NCBI GenBank assembly: GCA_023229865.1
Contig: JALNYL010000007.1
Span: 325 to 64,324 of the forward strand
Direction of reading: 5' to 3'
Length of the DNA: 64,000 bases
DNA from: Minisyncoccota bacterium
Lineage (GTDB): Bacteria; Patescibacteriota; Minisyncoccia; Phycocordibacterales; UBA1550
Positions 9,440 to 19,080 of the stretch are shown in pieces (position 1 is the first letter of the stretch; the number at the start of each line of letters is the position of its first letter). Below the pieces are notes generated by a model, which did not search any database, had not been told where the DNA came from, and was given only the letters and a program-made list of their open reading frames with translations. The position numbers were made by a program, and so were the translations under genes.

Positions 9440-11788
9440 ATGGCAAAAGACAATAACAAGAAAACACTCATCATCCTCGACGCACACGCGATTCTTCATC
9501 GCGCATATCATGCGCTTCCTGATTTTTCTTCAAGCAAGGGAGAGCCTACGGGGGCACTCTATGGGCTCTCGACAATGATTATGAAAATCATTAAGGACCT
9601 GAAGCCAGACTATATCGTCGGGTGTTTTGATATGCCACACCCAACCTTTCGTCATGAAGCCTATGAAGCATACAAGCTCGGTCGTGCGAAAGCAGAAGAC
9701 GATCTCGTGCATCAGATCAAACGCTCGCGCGATGTGTTTGTGGCACTCAACATCCCCGCATACGAGCTCCCTGGTTTTGAGGCTGACGACCTTCTCGCAA
9801 CTATTGTGGAAAAAACAAAGAAGGAAAAAGATTTGCGTGTCATCATTGCGTCGGGGGATATGGACACACTGCAGCTTGTCGACGACGATCGTGTCCTTGT
9901 GTACACACTCAAGAAGGGAATCAATGACACTATTTTGTACAACGAAAAAGCGGTGGTCGAGCGTTTTGGATTTGTGCCAGCACTTTTGCCAGACTACAAA
10001 GGCCTCCGCGGTGATCCGTCGGACAACATCATCGGCATCAAAGGCATTGGGGAAAAAACAGCGACGACCCTCATCACTACATTTGGTTCCGTTGAGGACA
10101 TGTATAAAAAATTAAAAAAGAGCCCAGAAGCTTTTAAAGAAGCTGGACTCACCCCACGCATCATCAAACTCCTTGAAGACGGAGAAGAGGAAGCACTCTT
10201 TTCAAAAACACTTGCGACCGTCCGCCGTGATGCGCCTATTGAATTTGAGTTGCCAAAGAAAATTTGGAAAGAAAGTTTTGAGCCCGCAAAGGCAGAGACA
10301 CTCTTTGCTGACCTTGATTTCCGTGGGCTCCGTGACCGCTTACATGAGCTTGTTGGTATTGTGCGTGAGGCACCCGCAAAAGAAAAGGAGGCAGAGATTG
10401 TTGATCCCACTCTTTTTAAACAAGCACAAATTGCATTATGGCTCCTTAACTCTGAGCTCACAACACCGTCGCTTGAAGACATTCTCCACCACACAAAGAA
10501 AGATAATTTTGCTGACGCCTTTGAAGAGCTCGAGGCGCGCATTGGCAAGGAGGGGCTCGGGGGTGTGTATCGTGATATTGAGCTTCCTATCGTTCCTATT
10601 ATTGAAGAGGCACAAAAATACGGCATCATCGTCGACAAGAAACACCTTGAGAAGCTTTCAAAGAAATACCACACTGAGCTCGATAAAATCACGGGACGCA
10701 TTTATGAATACGCGGGTGGTGAGTTTAATATGAATTCACCTAAGCAGCTTGGGGAAATTCTTTTTGATAAATTGAAGCTCGAAGTGAAGGGGCTCAAGAA
10801 GACAGAAGGTGGCGCGCGCTCCACGCGCGAGTCAGAACTCGTGAAGCTCCGCGAAGTACACCCGATTATTGAAGACATCCTCCTGTATCGCGAACTTCAA
10901 AAACTTCTTTCGACATACATCGACAATCTCCCCCTTCTCGTCGCAGAAGATGGACGCCTCCATACGACACTCAACCAAGCAGGGACCACAACAGGAAGAA
11001 TGTCCTCATCAAATCCAAACCTCCAGAATATCCCTGTGCGCGGAGAAATGGGGGTGGCTATCCGCGATGCCTTTGTGGCAAGGGAAGGTTCGACGCTTGT
11101 CGGTTTTGACTATTCACAGATCGAGATGCGCGTACTCGCTGCGCTCTCACAGGACGAGCATTTGATGGAAGTATTTCGCACGGGGGTTGATGTACACACA
11201 TCGGTTGCTTCGCGCGTGTTTAAGGTTGCCGAAAAAGATGTGACGACTGAGATGCGTCGCCGCGCGAAGGTAATCAACTTTGGTATCGTGTACGGTATGG
11301 GAGTGAATGCGCTCAAGGATAATCTCGGCTCGACGCGCGCTGAGGCTCAAACATTTTATGATAACTATTTTGCAACGTTCCCGAAGATTGCAAACTATTT
11401 TGAAGAAGTGAAATCACATGCAAAGAAAGATGGGTTTACGACGACGTACTTCGGTCGCCATCGTTTCTTTGCGGGGCTCAAGTCATCGATACCGTTTATC
11501 CGTGCGAGCGCTGAGCGCATGGCGATGAACGCACCTCTTCAAGGGACGGCAGCGGATATCATTAAAATTGCGATGAAGCGTGCACACGATGGGCTCGAAA
11601 AAGCAGGGCTTCTCTCGAAAGCGCATCTTATTCTCCAGATTCACGACGAACTTCTTTTTGAAGTAGAAGAGGGGAGCGTAGAAAAAGTGCGTGAAGTAGT
11701 GCGCGAGGCGATGGAGCACGCGGTGGATTTCCCTGTTCCTACCACGGTGTCTATCGAAGAAGGGGAGCGTTGGGGATCAATGAAATAA
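9440..11788 (+). CDS. polA: DNA polymerase I (5'-3' exonuclease plus polymerase domains)
   Basis: N-terminal 5' nuclease region. Polymerase motifs RRRAKVINFGIVYGMG (motif B) and LQIHDELLFEV (motif C). Confidence 0.9.
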   Translation: MAKDNNKKTLIILDAHAILHRAYHALPDFSSSKGEPTGALYGLSTMIMKIIKDLKPDYIVGCFDMPHPTFRHEAYEAYKLGRAKAEDDLVHQIKRSRDVFVALNIPAYELPGFEADDLLATIVEKTKKEKDLRVIIASGDMDTLQLVDDDRVLVYTLKKGINDTILYNEKAVVERFGFVPALLPDYKGLRGDPSDNIIGIKGIGEKTATTLITTFGSVEDMYKKLKKSPEAFKEAGLTPRIIKLLEDGEEEALFSKTLATVRRDAPIEFELPKKIWKESFEPAKAETLFADLDFRGLRDRLHELVGIVREAPAKEKEAEIVDPTLFKQAQIALWLLNSELTTPSLEDILHHTKKDNFADAFEELEARIGKEGLGGVYRDIELPIVPIIEEAQKYGIIVDKKHLEKLSKKYHTELDKITGRIYEYAGGEFNMNSPKQLGEILFDKLKLEVKGLKKTEGGARSTRESELVKLREVHPIIEDILLYRELQKLLSTYIDNLPLLVAEDGRLHTTLNQAGTTTGRMSSSNPNLQNIPVRGEMGVAIRDAFVAREGSTLVGFDYSQIEMRVLAALSQDEHLMEVFRTGVDVHTSVASRVFKVAEKDVTTEMRRRAKVINFGIVYGMGVNALKDNLGSTRAEAQTFYDNYFATFPKIANYFEEVKSHAKKDGFTTTYFGRHRFFAGLKSSIPFIRASAERMAMNAPLQGTAADIIKIAMKRAHDGLEKAGLLSKAHLILQIHDELLFEVEEGSVEKVREVVREAMEHAVDFPVPTTVSIEEGERWGSMK

Positions 11789-11789
11789 T

Positions 11790-12503
11790 ATGCTACACAT
11801 TATTTACGGCAACGATAGAGAGAAAGGACGTGCGAAGTTTCGCGCACTACTGACTCAGCAGAGTCACGCCTTGGGCGCAGAAGTGAGACACGTTCTCGAA
11901 GGTGAAATGAGTGACGGGTTTCTCGACACCCTCGCTGCTTCGCAAGGCCTCTTTGGTGACACTACACTTTTTGTTTTTGATTGTGTGTTTGATAAAAAGG
12001 CTGAACAAGAAATGCTCCTCGCACACGTGGAAAGCCTCAAGGAGTCACCCAACTTTTTCCTTGTCTTTGAACCACTCCTTGAGAAGAGTGTGGCGGGGGG
12101 GCTGAAAGATGCAAATGTGGAAGTCGAAGAATGTGTTGCGAAAAAAGCAGGCTATAACCCTGATTTTAATATTTTCTCACTTGGGGATGCGCTCGGTGCA
12201 CGCAACAAAAAGGAGCTCTGGGTTTTGTATCAAGAAGCTCTCGATAATGGGCTCTCTGCGGAAGAAATTTCCGGGACACTATTTTGGGCGGTAAAAAATA
12301 TTGCACTTATGAAAAATGCCAAGCCGGGGGATGACTGCGGGATGAGTCCATATGTCGCAAAAAAGGCACGCGGGTTTGCGACAAAATATTCAGATGAGGA
12401 AATCGTCAATCTCTCGCGTTCGCTCACGACTATGTATCACGAGGCTCATCGTGGGGGAGAACCTATGGAGGTTGCGCTCGAGAGATTCATCTTGGAATTA
12501 TAA
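11790..12503 (+). CDS. Putative DNA polymerase III delta subunit-like protein (HolA-like, short)
   Basis: Start overlaps the polA stop. The pattern IIYGND...LFGDTTLFVF...LSAEEISGTLFWAVKNIALMK resembles HolA. Confidence 0.35.
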   Translation: MLHIIYGNDREKGRAKFRALLTQQSHALGAEVRHVLEGEMSDGFLDTLAASQGLFGDTTLFVFDCVFDKKAEQEMLLAHVESLKESPNFFLVFEPLLEKSVAGGLKDANVEVEECVAKKAGYNPDFNIFSLGDALGARNKKELWVLYQEALDNGLSAEEISGTLFWAVKNIALMKNAKPGDDCGMSPYVAKKARGFATKYSDEEIVNLSRSLTTMYHEAHRGGEPMEVALERFILEL

Positions 12504-13043
12504 AAAAGAAAAAGCAGAATTAGAAAAAGCCGCACTTGGTGCGGCTTTTTTTGAATTTGGCGTCTATATGAGACGGAATGTGCTAAAAGAACAAGTACAG
12601 AGTTTCGGCGCCGTGTCTGGCGCAAGGAACAAGTGATGACTGTGCGAATACTCCCACAGATTAGATCATAAGCGATCAGCTTTGGAGTTGCGAGTCAACT
12701 AATAAAGGTCTGCATTTATTATACGCGAGTGAAGTTGCTCCTGCAAGACAACCCTGTGGATAACTTTACTCGCGCTTCTTTAGTTGCTTCCTTTTGAGAT
12801 AAAAAATTGCTTTCATCCTACGTTTTTTGGTAAGCCTTCTTTTTCTCACATTGAACCCTCCTGTAAATATAACAATATCCTCCCCTATGGTACGTGCTTG
12901 GAGGCGTAAAGTCAAAAAATTTGAAAAAACGGGGTTTTGTGGTAGTATTTTCCCATCAGTTTTGCCCCAATAGCTGTTTTGGTAGGCCCAGAGAGAGTGG
13001 CTTCCAAAGGAGCGACAGAGGGTAAATTGTTAAAATTTGTAAT

Positions 13044-13116
13044 GCCCCTATAGCTCAGTCGGTAGAGCAGCTCCCTTTTAAGGAGACGGTCGTTGGTTCG
13101 ATTCCAACTGGGGGCA
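13044..13116 (+). tRNA. tRNA-Lys (anticodon TTT)
   Basis: Cloverleaf GCCCCTA...TGGGGGC+A. Anticodon loop CTTTTAA. T-loop GGTTCGATTCC. Confidence 0.85.
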
Positions 13117-13123
13117 CACTCGC

Positions 13124-13157
13124 AAAAAGGCGGCAGGGGATTACCCCGCCGCCTTTT
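13124..13157. terminator. Bidirectional hairpin shared by tRNA-Lys and the convergent element
   Basis: AAAAAGGCGGCAGGGGATTACCCCGCCGCCTTTT. Confidence 0.6.
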
Positions 13158-13165
13158 GCTATGAG

Positions 13166-13267
13166 TGTGCCCCCAGTTGGAATCGAACCGGAGGCCCACC
13201 ATTTTAAAGGAGCGAAGCGACTATTAAAATGGATGGTCTCGACTGGAAGGAGAGGCGATTCCAACTG
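13166..13267 (-). repeat. tRNA-3'-end-mimic element, family A (Lys partner)
   Basis: Its 3' 24 nt are the inverted duplicate of the tRNA-Lys 3' end. The body GGAATCGCCTCTCC...CATCCATTTTAA...TTAAAATGG recurs at 18937-19046. 12-nt terminal inverted repeat CAGTTGGAATCG. Confidence 0.5.
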
Positions 13268-13362
13268 CAAGAAATATACTTAGTGATTTGTGACCACACT
13301 TAAAACGCATGGTCTCGACTGAAAGGAGAGGCGATTCCTATTTTTTCTGCTACAATTATCTT

Positions 13363-13797
13363 ATGAACAAAAAAGAACTTGCCCGCATGAGTTTTTCGAA
13401 GAAAAATTCTGGTGGGTTTACGAGCATTCTATTTCTTCTCGCTATTGTCGCCCTTGTGGGGACTGCGGGGTACATTACATTTACGAAAGATGATTCCGCG
13501 CCAACGGTCTCAGAAAACACACTTGCTCCCGTCGCGACGACAACAGAAGAGATAACCACCCCGATTTTTGTAGATACTCCAACCACCCCAGTCACCCCAG
13601 GTTCTTCAGCTACAAAACTTTTACAAGATTGTCCTGAGACTTGGTTTGATAACCAAATGCCGATGATCATTGATCCTGGACAGCCTCGCCCTGTGACACA
13701 GTATTTTATCTACAAAGGTGAACGACGAGAACTTGCCGAGTTTGATATGAAGTGGGTGAGCGCAAACTGCCCAGTGCAACCATCGGCAGTTTACTAG
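13363..13797 (+). CDS. Hypothetical membrane-anchored protein
   Basis: N-terminal TM helix GFTSILFLLAIVALVGTAGYITF. Confidence 0.35.
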   Translation: MNKKELARMSFSKKNSGGFTSILFLLAIVALVGTAGYITFTKDDSAPTVSENTLAPVATTTEEITTPIFVDTPTTPVTPGSSATKLLQDCPETWFDNQMPMIIDPGQPRPVTQYFIYKGERRELAEFDMKWVSANCPVQPSAVY

Positions 13798-13877
13798 GGT
13801 TTGACCAAAAAGTGTTTTTATGGAAGTATCTCAATTAGAGATACTTTTTGTTTTTTTAACTACTGATGGAGGTCGTC

Positions 13878-14435
13878 ATGCAACTTATTCTCCCGAAGAA
13901 CTTTGTTGAGGTTGGGGCGGATTCGTTTTATGCAAAAACGCCACTGTTTTTCTTGGCTGGGCCAGTGCTTGGTGGTGGGGATTGGCAGAGGAAAATGCTC
14001 CACCTTATCAATCAACGCCAAGAGCATTGCCTCGTCGCAATCCCTTGTCGGTATCCCGAGGAGGATGAGATTCGCAGGCTCCATGTCCCCAATTATGCGC
14101 AAAATGTTTTTGCGCATCAGACGCATTGGGAGCGCTGTTATCTCAGGCACGCCGCTCAAAAGGGATGCATTATCTTTTGGCTCGGAGAGGAAGATAAATT
14201 CAACCCACGAGATGACGGCGAGCCATATGCGCGGGACACCAGGGGTGAGATTGGTGCGTGGGGGGTGCATCTCAAATATGTCCCATCGTTTAGAGTTGTT
14301 GTTGGCGCTGAGCCAGGCTTCCCAGGACTCAGTGTTATCAAGCGCAACCTCGACGACGAGCTTGGTTATGACTTCCCGATATATTCCACCATGGAAGACA
14401 CGGTGAAAGCGGCGGTGCGAAAGTTGTACGAGTAG
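13878..14435 (+). CDS. Rossmann-like protein, possibly a nucleoside 2-deoxyribosyltransferase/LOG-like fold
   Basis: GGAGG RBS. N-terminal LFFLAGPVLGGGDWQ resembles the NDT YLAGP motif. Confidence 0.3.
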   Translation: MQLILPKNFVEVGADSFYAKTPLFFLAGPVLGGGDWQRKMLHLINQRQEHCLVAIPCRYPEEDEIRRLHVPNYAQNVFAHQTHWERCYLRHAAQKGCIIFWLGEEDKFNPRDDGEPYARDTRGEIGAWGVHLKYVPSFRVVVGAEPGFPGLSVIKRNLDDELGYDFPIYSTMEDTVKAAVRKLYE

Positions 14436-14542
14436 TTTGATTCAAAAAGGAGGTCATCGAGACCTCCTTTTCTTTTTGGTATATTTATGTAAGTATAACG
14501 GCAGAAACATCCCTGTTGTTTAATTGTTACAAGGAGACAGAA

Positions 14543-14971
14543 ATGACCGACGATAATCGCTTGATTTACAAAGAGCCTCTCTCGGTAAAAATAGCGCGGT
14601 ATTTAAAGCAGAAGGGGTTCCAGGCCGCATCTATTCATTCTGGTGCAGCCATGGACTCTCTAGCGGGGGCGTCCTGCTTTGGTGTGTTATATCAAGACCC
14701 CGCCATAAAACAGAAGACGTATTTCTGGGGGCTCATCAAGGGGGACACGCCCAGGAGAATTTATCTTGGGGACATTTACATCGACGGGGGAAACCCTCGT
14801 TCGAGCGCGGACCACTGGCGTTTCGAAATGTACGGCAAAGAATATTTCGAGATTGCAAAAGGGTTGGCGAGTGAACTCGTTAAAGAGTTCAATGTCAAAA
14901 TCACGTTTAAGGTTGCTGAAGACTGTGTGAAGCACGAGGGATTCCCCTCCGATTCAGATCCTGGGTGGTGA
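14543..14971 (+). CDS. Hypothetical protein
   Basis: AGGAGA RBS. No motif recognised. Confidence 0.3.
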   Translation: MTDDNRLIYKEPLSVKIARYLKQKGFQAASIHSGAAMDSLAGASCFGVLYQDPAIKQKTYFWGLIKGDTPRRIYLGDIYIDGGNPRSSADHWRFEMYGKEYFEIAKGLASELVKEFNVKITFKVAEDCVKHEGFPSDSDPGW

Positions 14972-15026
14972 CAAATAACACCGAGCTGAAATTGAGCTCG
15001 GTGTTTTCTTTTTGTGCTCTTTAGGA

Positions 15027-15440
15027 TTATAGTGGCAAGTCGACAGCGAACGCTCCTGCGCCAAAGAAGAGGAGAGAGAATGACGCGACCGCGAGGAGAA
15101 TATAAAACTCAGTTGTGTTGTGGGGAAGAGCAGATGGTTTGCGCCACTTGATAAGTGACATGATCATCATGATTGCTCCCATTGCAATAGCTGCCCCTTG
15201 GGTGTAGAAACCGACCACAAGAAGTGCGCCTGCGATTCCCAAAAGAGATGAAATGACAGTCGCGAAAACTTTTGCGGGGCGGAGGCCAAGCTTTTCGTAG
15301 AAATGAATTTGTTCAGACTTCTCGCTCGTTGCTTGCTTGTACCAAAGAGACACAAAAATAAACCCAAGGACAACGCGAAGCAAAAAGACGCCAAGCATTT
15401 GATAATCAAAAAAAGCGGGGAAGAGAGATACTGTTTGCAT
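15027..15440 (-). CDS. DoxX-family membrane protein
   Basis: Four predicted TM helices with DoxX-like spacing. Confidence 0.55.
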   Translation of the reverse strand: MQTVSLFPAFFDYQMLGVFLLRVVLGFIFVSLWYKQATSEKSEQIHFYEKLGLRPAKVFATVISSLLGIAGALLVVGFYTQGAAIAMGAIMMIMSLIKWRKPSALPHNTTEFYILLAVASFSLLFFGAGAFAVDLPL

Positions 15441-15516
15441 TGGTTCATTGTAACAAACTTACCCCTCGTTGCCAAAAGAAAAAGACCGCCAGCGGATGCG
15501 GGCGGTCTGAGATAAA

Positions 15517-15993
15517 TTACTTCTGGTATTTCGAGATATCTATCCCGATATCGAGGGGGCCAAAGGCGAGAGGGAGTAGTTCCTTTATGGATGTGATAAT
15601 GATTTTATCCATCTTCGTTGTCGAAAGAACAAACCCGAAATCTCCGCCAGAGACTTGAGACAGTTCGTAGAGCATTTGGCGGCAACTTCCACAAGGCGCC
15701 GTGACAGTGTTGGTGTCAAAGGTTTCCCCTCGCGCAATGATAGCAATGCCACGAAATTTTCGTAACCCTACTGCGTTTGCAGCTAAAATTGCTGCACGTT
15801 CTGCGCATATCGTTGACCCATATGCTGCATTTTCAACATTTGAGCCAGAGATAAGGGTCCCGTCTTCTGCAATAAGTGTCGCTCCTACATAGAAATGAGA
15901 GTAGGGGTTGTAGGCGTTTTCCATTGCTTCAGCTGCAGCGAGAAGTGCGTTTTGTTGGATTTGAGACAACTCATCAAAAAAGATGTTTCGCAT
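15517..15993 (-). CDS. cdd: Cytidine deaminase
   Basis: Zinc-ligand motifs CAERAAI and PCGSCRQ. Confidence 0.85.
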   Translation of the reverse strand: MRNIFFDELSQIQQNALLAAAEAMENAYNPYSHFYVGATLIAEDGTLISGSNVENAAYGSTICAERAAILAANAVGLRKFRGIAIIARGETFDTNTVTAPCGSCRQMLYELSQVSGGDFGFVLSTTKMDKIIITSIKELLPLAFGPLDIGIDISKYQK

Positions 15994-16121
15994 GGGTTTC
16001 TCCGTTTGTTTGTTAAGAACAGTGACCTTTCACAAAACTACTCTTTTGGGGGAGGGAAGTCAAATAGGGGAATAATTACAAAAGGGCGCGCGCTTCATCC
16101 GAAGCGCGCGCCCTTTTGTAA

Positions 16122-17390
16122 TTATTTCTTGAACCCGAGTTTTATAAGTTCTTCTTTTGCGACGGTCGCGTCATCCCATGGAGTCTTGGTGCCATTGGGT
16201 CCCATGATGTAGGGGTCGGTGCCTTTACCGGTGATAATGACTGCGTCGCCTGTTTTTGCGAAGGAGAGTGCCTTTGCTATGGCAGCACGGCGGTCCATAA
16301 TGATTTCAACTTTCCCCTCCTCGATGCCTTCTCGTATTTCCTCAACAATTTTTTGTGGGTCTTCGTCGTAAGGGTCTTCATCAGTGAGAATGATTTCGTC
16401 GCAGTGTGCACTCGCGATTGCTCCCATTGCGGGGCGCTTCCATGAGTCACGTCCGCCACCCGTGCCACCAAGCACACAAATCTTTCGCGAGTCTTGGAAA
16501 ACCTCGTACACTTTTTCGAGTGAGTCGGGAGTGTGTGCGTAGTCGACGACGACATCAAATTCCTGCCCTTGATTTACGCGCTCGACGCGGCCACGAATGC
16601 CGTGGAATTTTTCGAGGGCACGACGGATGACCTCAGGGGCGATATTCTGTGTGCGCGCAAAGGAGATTCCTGCAAGAATGTTTGAAAGATTGAACGCGCC
16701 CGAAAGGTGTGCCTCGAGAGGTGCCCCCATAAAGGTAAATGTTGTATCGTCTTTTTTGAGCGTGTACGGCTCTGCATCTTTGAGGGAGTAGGTTGTTTTT
16801 GTTTCTGCGTCAACTGCGAGAAATTCTTTTGCATATTCATTGTCAGCGTTTGCAACAATGATGCGTGGGCGCTTTGGGGATTTTGCGAGAGCTTGCGCGA
16901 TGGAAAGTTTTGCCTCTTTGTAATTCTCAAATGAGCCATGTGACTCGATGTGTTCAGGGGAGAGGTTGGTAAAAATGAGCGCATCAAAATCAATGAATTT
17001 GTGACGGAACTGACGTGCCCCTTCAGAAGTCATCTCAATGATTACCCAATCACATTTCGCATTTACAGCGCGACGCAAAAAACGCTGCACAAAAAAACGT
17101 CCCGGGATTGTCATCTTGTAGAGATTGCGCTCCTCATCCTCTCCGATCTTAAAACGAAGGGTCCCTGCGAGTGCGGTGCGGTATCCCGCCTCCTCAAGGA
17201 TAGCACTCACGATCTCTGTGGTTGATGTTTTCCCTTTTGTGCCTGTGATGGCAATGACGCCAATATGGCGAGAGGGGAAGCGGTATATGGTCGCAGCAAG
17301 AAGCGCAAAGAGATAATGATATGCAGGTTGAAATGCGCGGAAGATATTGCGCGGAATTATTTTTTTAATAATGCGGAGAATGTTTTCCAT
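16122..17390 (-). CDS. Mur ligase family protein (MurE/MurT-like)
   Basis: ATP site VIAITGTKGKTSTTE. DYAHTPDSLEKV motif. Confidence 0.65.
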   Translation of the reverse strand: MENILRIIKKIIPRNIFRAFQPAYHYLFALLAATIYRFPSRHIGVIAITGTKGKTSTTEIVSAILEEAGYRTALAGTLRFKIGEDEERNLYKMTIPGRFFVQRFLRRAVNAKCDWVIIEMTSEGARQFRHKFIDFDALIFTNLSPEHIESHGSFENYKEAKLSIAQALAKSPKRPRIIVANADNEYAKEFLAVDAETKTTYSLKDAEPYTLKKDDTTFTFMGAPLEAHLSGAFNLSNILAGISFARTQNIAPEVIRRALEKFHGIRGRVERVNQGQEFDVVVDYAHTPDSLEKVYEVFQDSRKICVLGGTGGGRDSWKRPAMGAIASAHCDEIILTDEDPYDEDPQKIVEEIREGIEEGKVEIIMDRRAAIAKALSFAKTGDAVIITGKGTDPYIMGPNGTKTPWDDATVAKEELIKLGFKK

Positions 17391-17402
17391 AAATAGTTAA
17401 TA

Positions 17403-17981
17403 TTATTTTCCGAGTTGCTTCAGAGCTTCTTTGATACGTGCACTCGTTCCCTTGATATCTGCGGGAACTTGTTTGAGTGCCTCACGTGCGGCACGTTCTG
17501 CGTAGCCGAGTGCGACGAGGCCTTCGATCGCATCACGTTCGCCACTGAGCATTGTCTCTCCGGTAATGCTCTCATCGCCACCGAGTTTTTCGCGGAGCTC
17601 GAGAATGATCTTCTGCGCACTCTTTGAGCCAATCCCTGAAACTTTTGTCAGCGCTCCCGTGTCGCCCATAGCAATCGCCTCCTTGAGGTGTTCGACGGGG
17701 GCGACGTTGAGAATCCCGAGCGCACTCTTGGGGCCGATGCCCGAGACGCTAATAAGGAGCTCAAAGAAATCGAGCTCGCTTTGGTGTTCAAACCCGTACA
17801 AATCGAGGGCGTCTTCGCGGACAACCGTGTAAATCCAAAGGGACGCTTTTTTGTCGGCGTTCTTTTTGAGAGTAATGAGGGTGTCGACCGTGGTGCGGAC
17901 CTTGTATCCCACCCCTGCGGTTTCGATGATGATATATTTGTCTCCCGCAAAGAGAATAGTGCCAGAAAGATGAGCGATCAT
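17403..17981 (-). CDS. ruvA: Holliday junction DNA helicase RuvA
   Basis: MIAHLSGTI... N-terminus. Two HhH motifs. C-terminal domain III. Confidence 0.85.
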   Translation of the reverse strand: MIAHLSGTILFAGDKYIIIETAGVGYKVRTTVDTLITLKKNADKKASLWIYTVVREDALDLYGFEHQSELDFFELLISVSGIGPKSALGILNVAPVEHLKEAIAMGDTGALTKVSGIGSKSAQKIILELREKLGGDESITGETMLSGERDAIEGLVALGYAERAAREALKQVPADIKGTSARIKEALKQLGK

Positions 17982-18263
17982 AGGTACATAATAACGGAAA
18001 GGGGCAGGAAAGGCGAATTCTTGCAGCTATCCCGTTTGTGTGGTAGATTGTTGGAGTCTCAGTGCCGAGTTCAAAAAATTACTCGGTTTGAGCCTATCCC
18101 AAAAGGAACTTTCCTACTTCGCCCCGCAATCGTCGGTGCAAATGAATAAATCTTTTGTCGCCTTATCTCGATAAGGCTTCGCAAGTTTTATTCATTTTCA
18201 CTCGACGATATCGTGGCTCGTGACGGAGGCCCTTTCGGGACAGGCTCTTAATAAATTTAAGTT

Positions 18264-18527
18264 ATGCCAATTATTAAATCAGCAAAACGCAATATTCGTA
18301 GCTCAGCTCGCAAGGCGGTTTATAACACACGCCGCAGCAAGGCTATGAAGGAAGTGGTTAAGGAAGTGCGCACCCTCGTTGCTTCAAAGGACAAGAAGTC
18401 CGCAGAGGCTCTCCTTTCAAAAGCCTACAAGGCAATCGACAAGGCAGCAAAGGGAAACACTATCAAGAAAAACACTGCATCTCGCAAGAAGTCACGCCTC
18501 GCAAAGGCAATCAAGAAAATCGCGTAA
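18264..18527 (+). CDS. rpsT: 30S ribosomal protein S20
   Basis: MPIIKSAKRNIRSSARKAVYN... Followed by the terminator at 18528-18563. Confidence 0.9.
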   Translation: MPIIKSAKRNIRSSARKAVYNTRRSKAMKEVVKEVRTLVASKDKKSAEALLSKAYKAIDKAAKGNTIKKNTASRKKSRLAKAIKKIA

Positions 18528-18581
18528 AGCACAAAAAACCGACCTTTTGAAAAGGTCGGTTTTTTGTTATTATATATTGAT

Positions 18582-18896
18582 ATGAAAAAGATTAATCCCG
18601 TAGAAGCTCAAGTGCTTGTTGGAAAAGGAGAGGTTGTCGTTCTTGATGTTCGCACTCTAGCAGAATTTGCTGAAGGACACATCGCGGGCGCAAAAAATAT
18701 TGATATTTACAGTGATGAATTTTCGGAAGCTGTGCGCACGCTTCCTGCTGACGCGACGTATGTAGTGAACTGTCGCAGTGGCGCGCGTTCATCCCAGGCA
18801 TGTTCATTTATGGAGGAGCTTGGTTTTAGAAATGTAATGAATCTCGAAGGGGGAATCATGGCGTGGATGAGTGCTGGGTTGGCAACGGAGAAGTAA
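18582..18896 (+). CDS. Rhodanese-domain protein
   Basis: Active-site CRSGARS loop. Confidence 0.75.
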   Translation: MKKINPVEAQVLVGKGEVVVLDVRTLAEFAEGHIAGAKNIDIYSDEFSEAVRTLPADATYVVNCRSGARSSQACSFMEELGFRNVMNLEGGIMAWMSAGLATEK

Positions 18897-18936
18897 GCGG
18901 GTCTCCATGTGGTCCTAGTCCTGCTGAAAGCAAAGC

Positions 18937-19046
18937 AGTTTGTTGATTCGGAATCGCCTCTCCTTTCAGTCGAGACCATCCATTTTAATAGTCGCTGCGC
19001 TCCTTTAAAATGGTGGGCCTTCGGTTCGATTCCTACCGAGAGCACA
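18937..19046 (+). repeat. tRNA-3'-end-mimic element, family A (Arg-GCG partner)
   Basis: Same body as 13166-13267 in the opposite orientation. The last 24 nt GGTTCGATTCCTACCGAGAGCACA are identical to the 3' end of the convergent tRNA. Confidence 0.5.
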
Positions 19047-19051
19047 AAAGC

Positions 19052-19076
19052 AAAAACACCCTTCCGGGTGTTTTTT
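19052..19076. terminator. Bidirectional hairpin
   Basis: AAAAACACCCTTCCGGGTGTTTTTT. Confidence 0.6.
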
Positions 19077-19080
19077 CCTG

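Noticed and set aside
9994-10701. 235-aa and other antisense or alternate-frame ORFs inside polA
   Set aside because: Embedded in a well-supported 782-aa polA frame.
12912-13270. ORFs 12912-13202 (-) and 13055-13270 (-) with WNRTNDRLL / GIEPTT peptides
   Set aside because: Classic artefact translations across tRNA genes and their mirrored 3' ends.
13231-13338. Possible CRISPR array: 28-nt GGTCTCGACTGRAAGGAGAGGCGATTCC repeated twice about 80 nt apart
   Set aside because: Only two direct copies (a third is inverted, 5.6 kb away). No cas genes. The copies are the ends of the larger family A element, not spacer-separated repeats.
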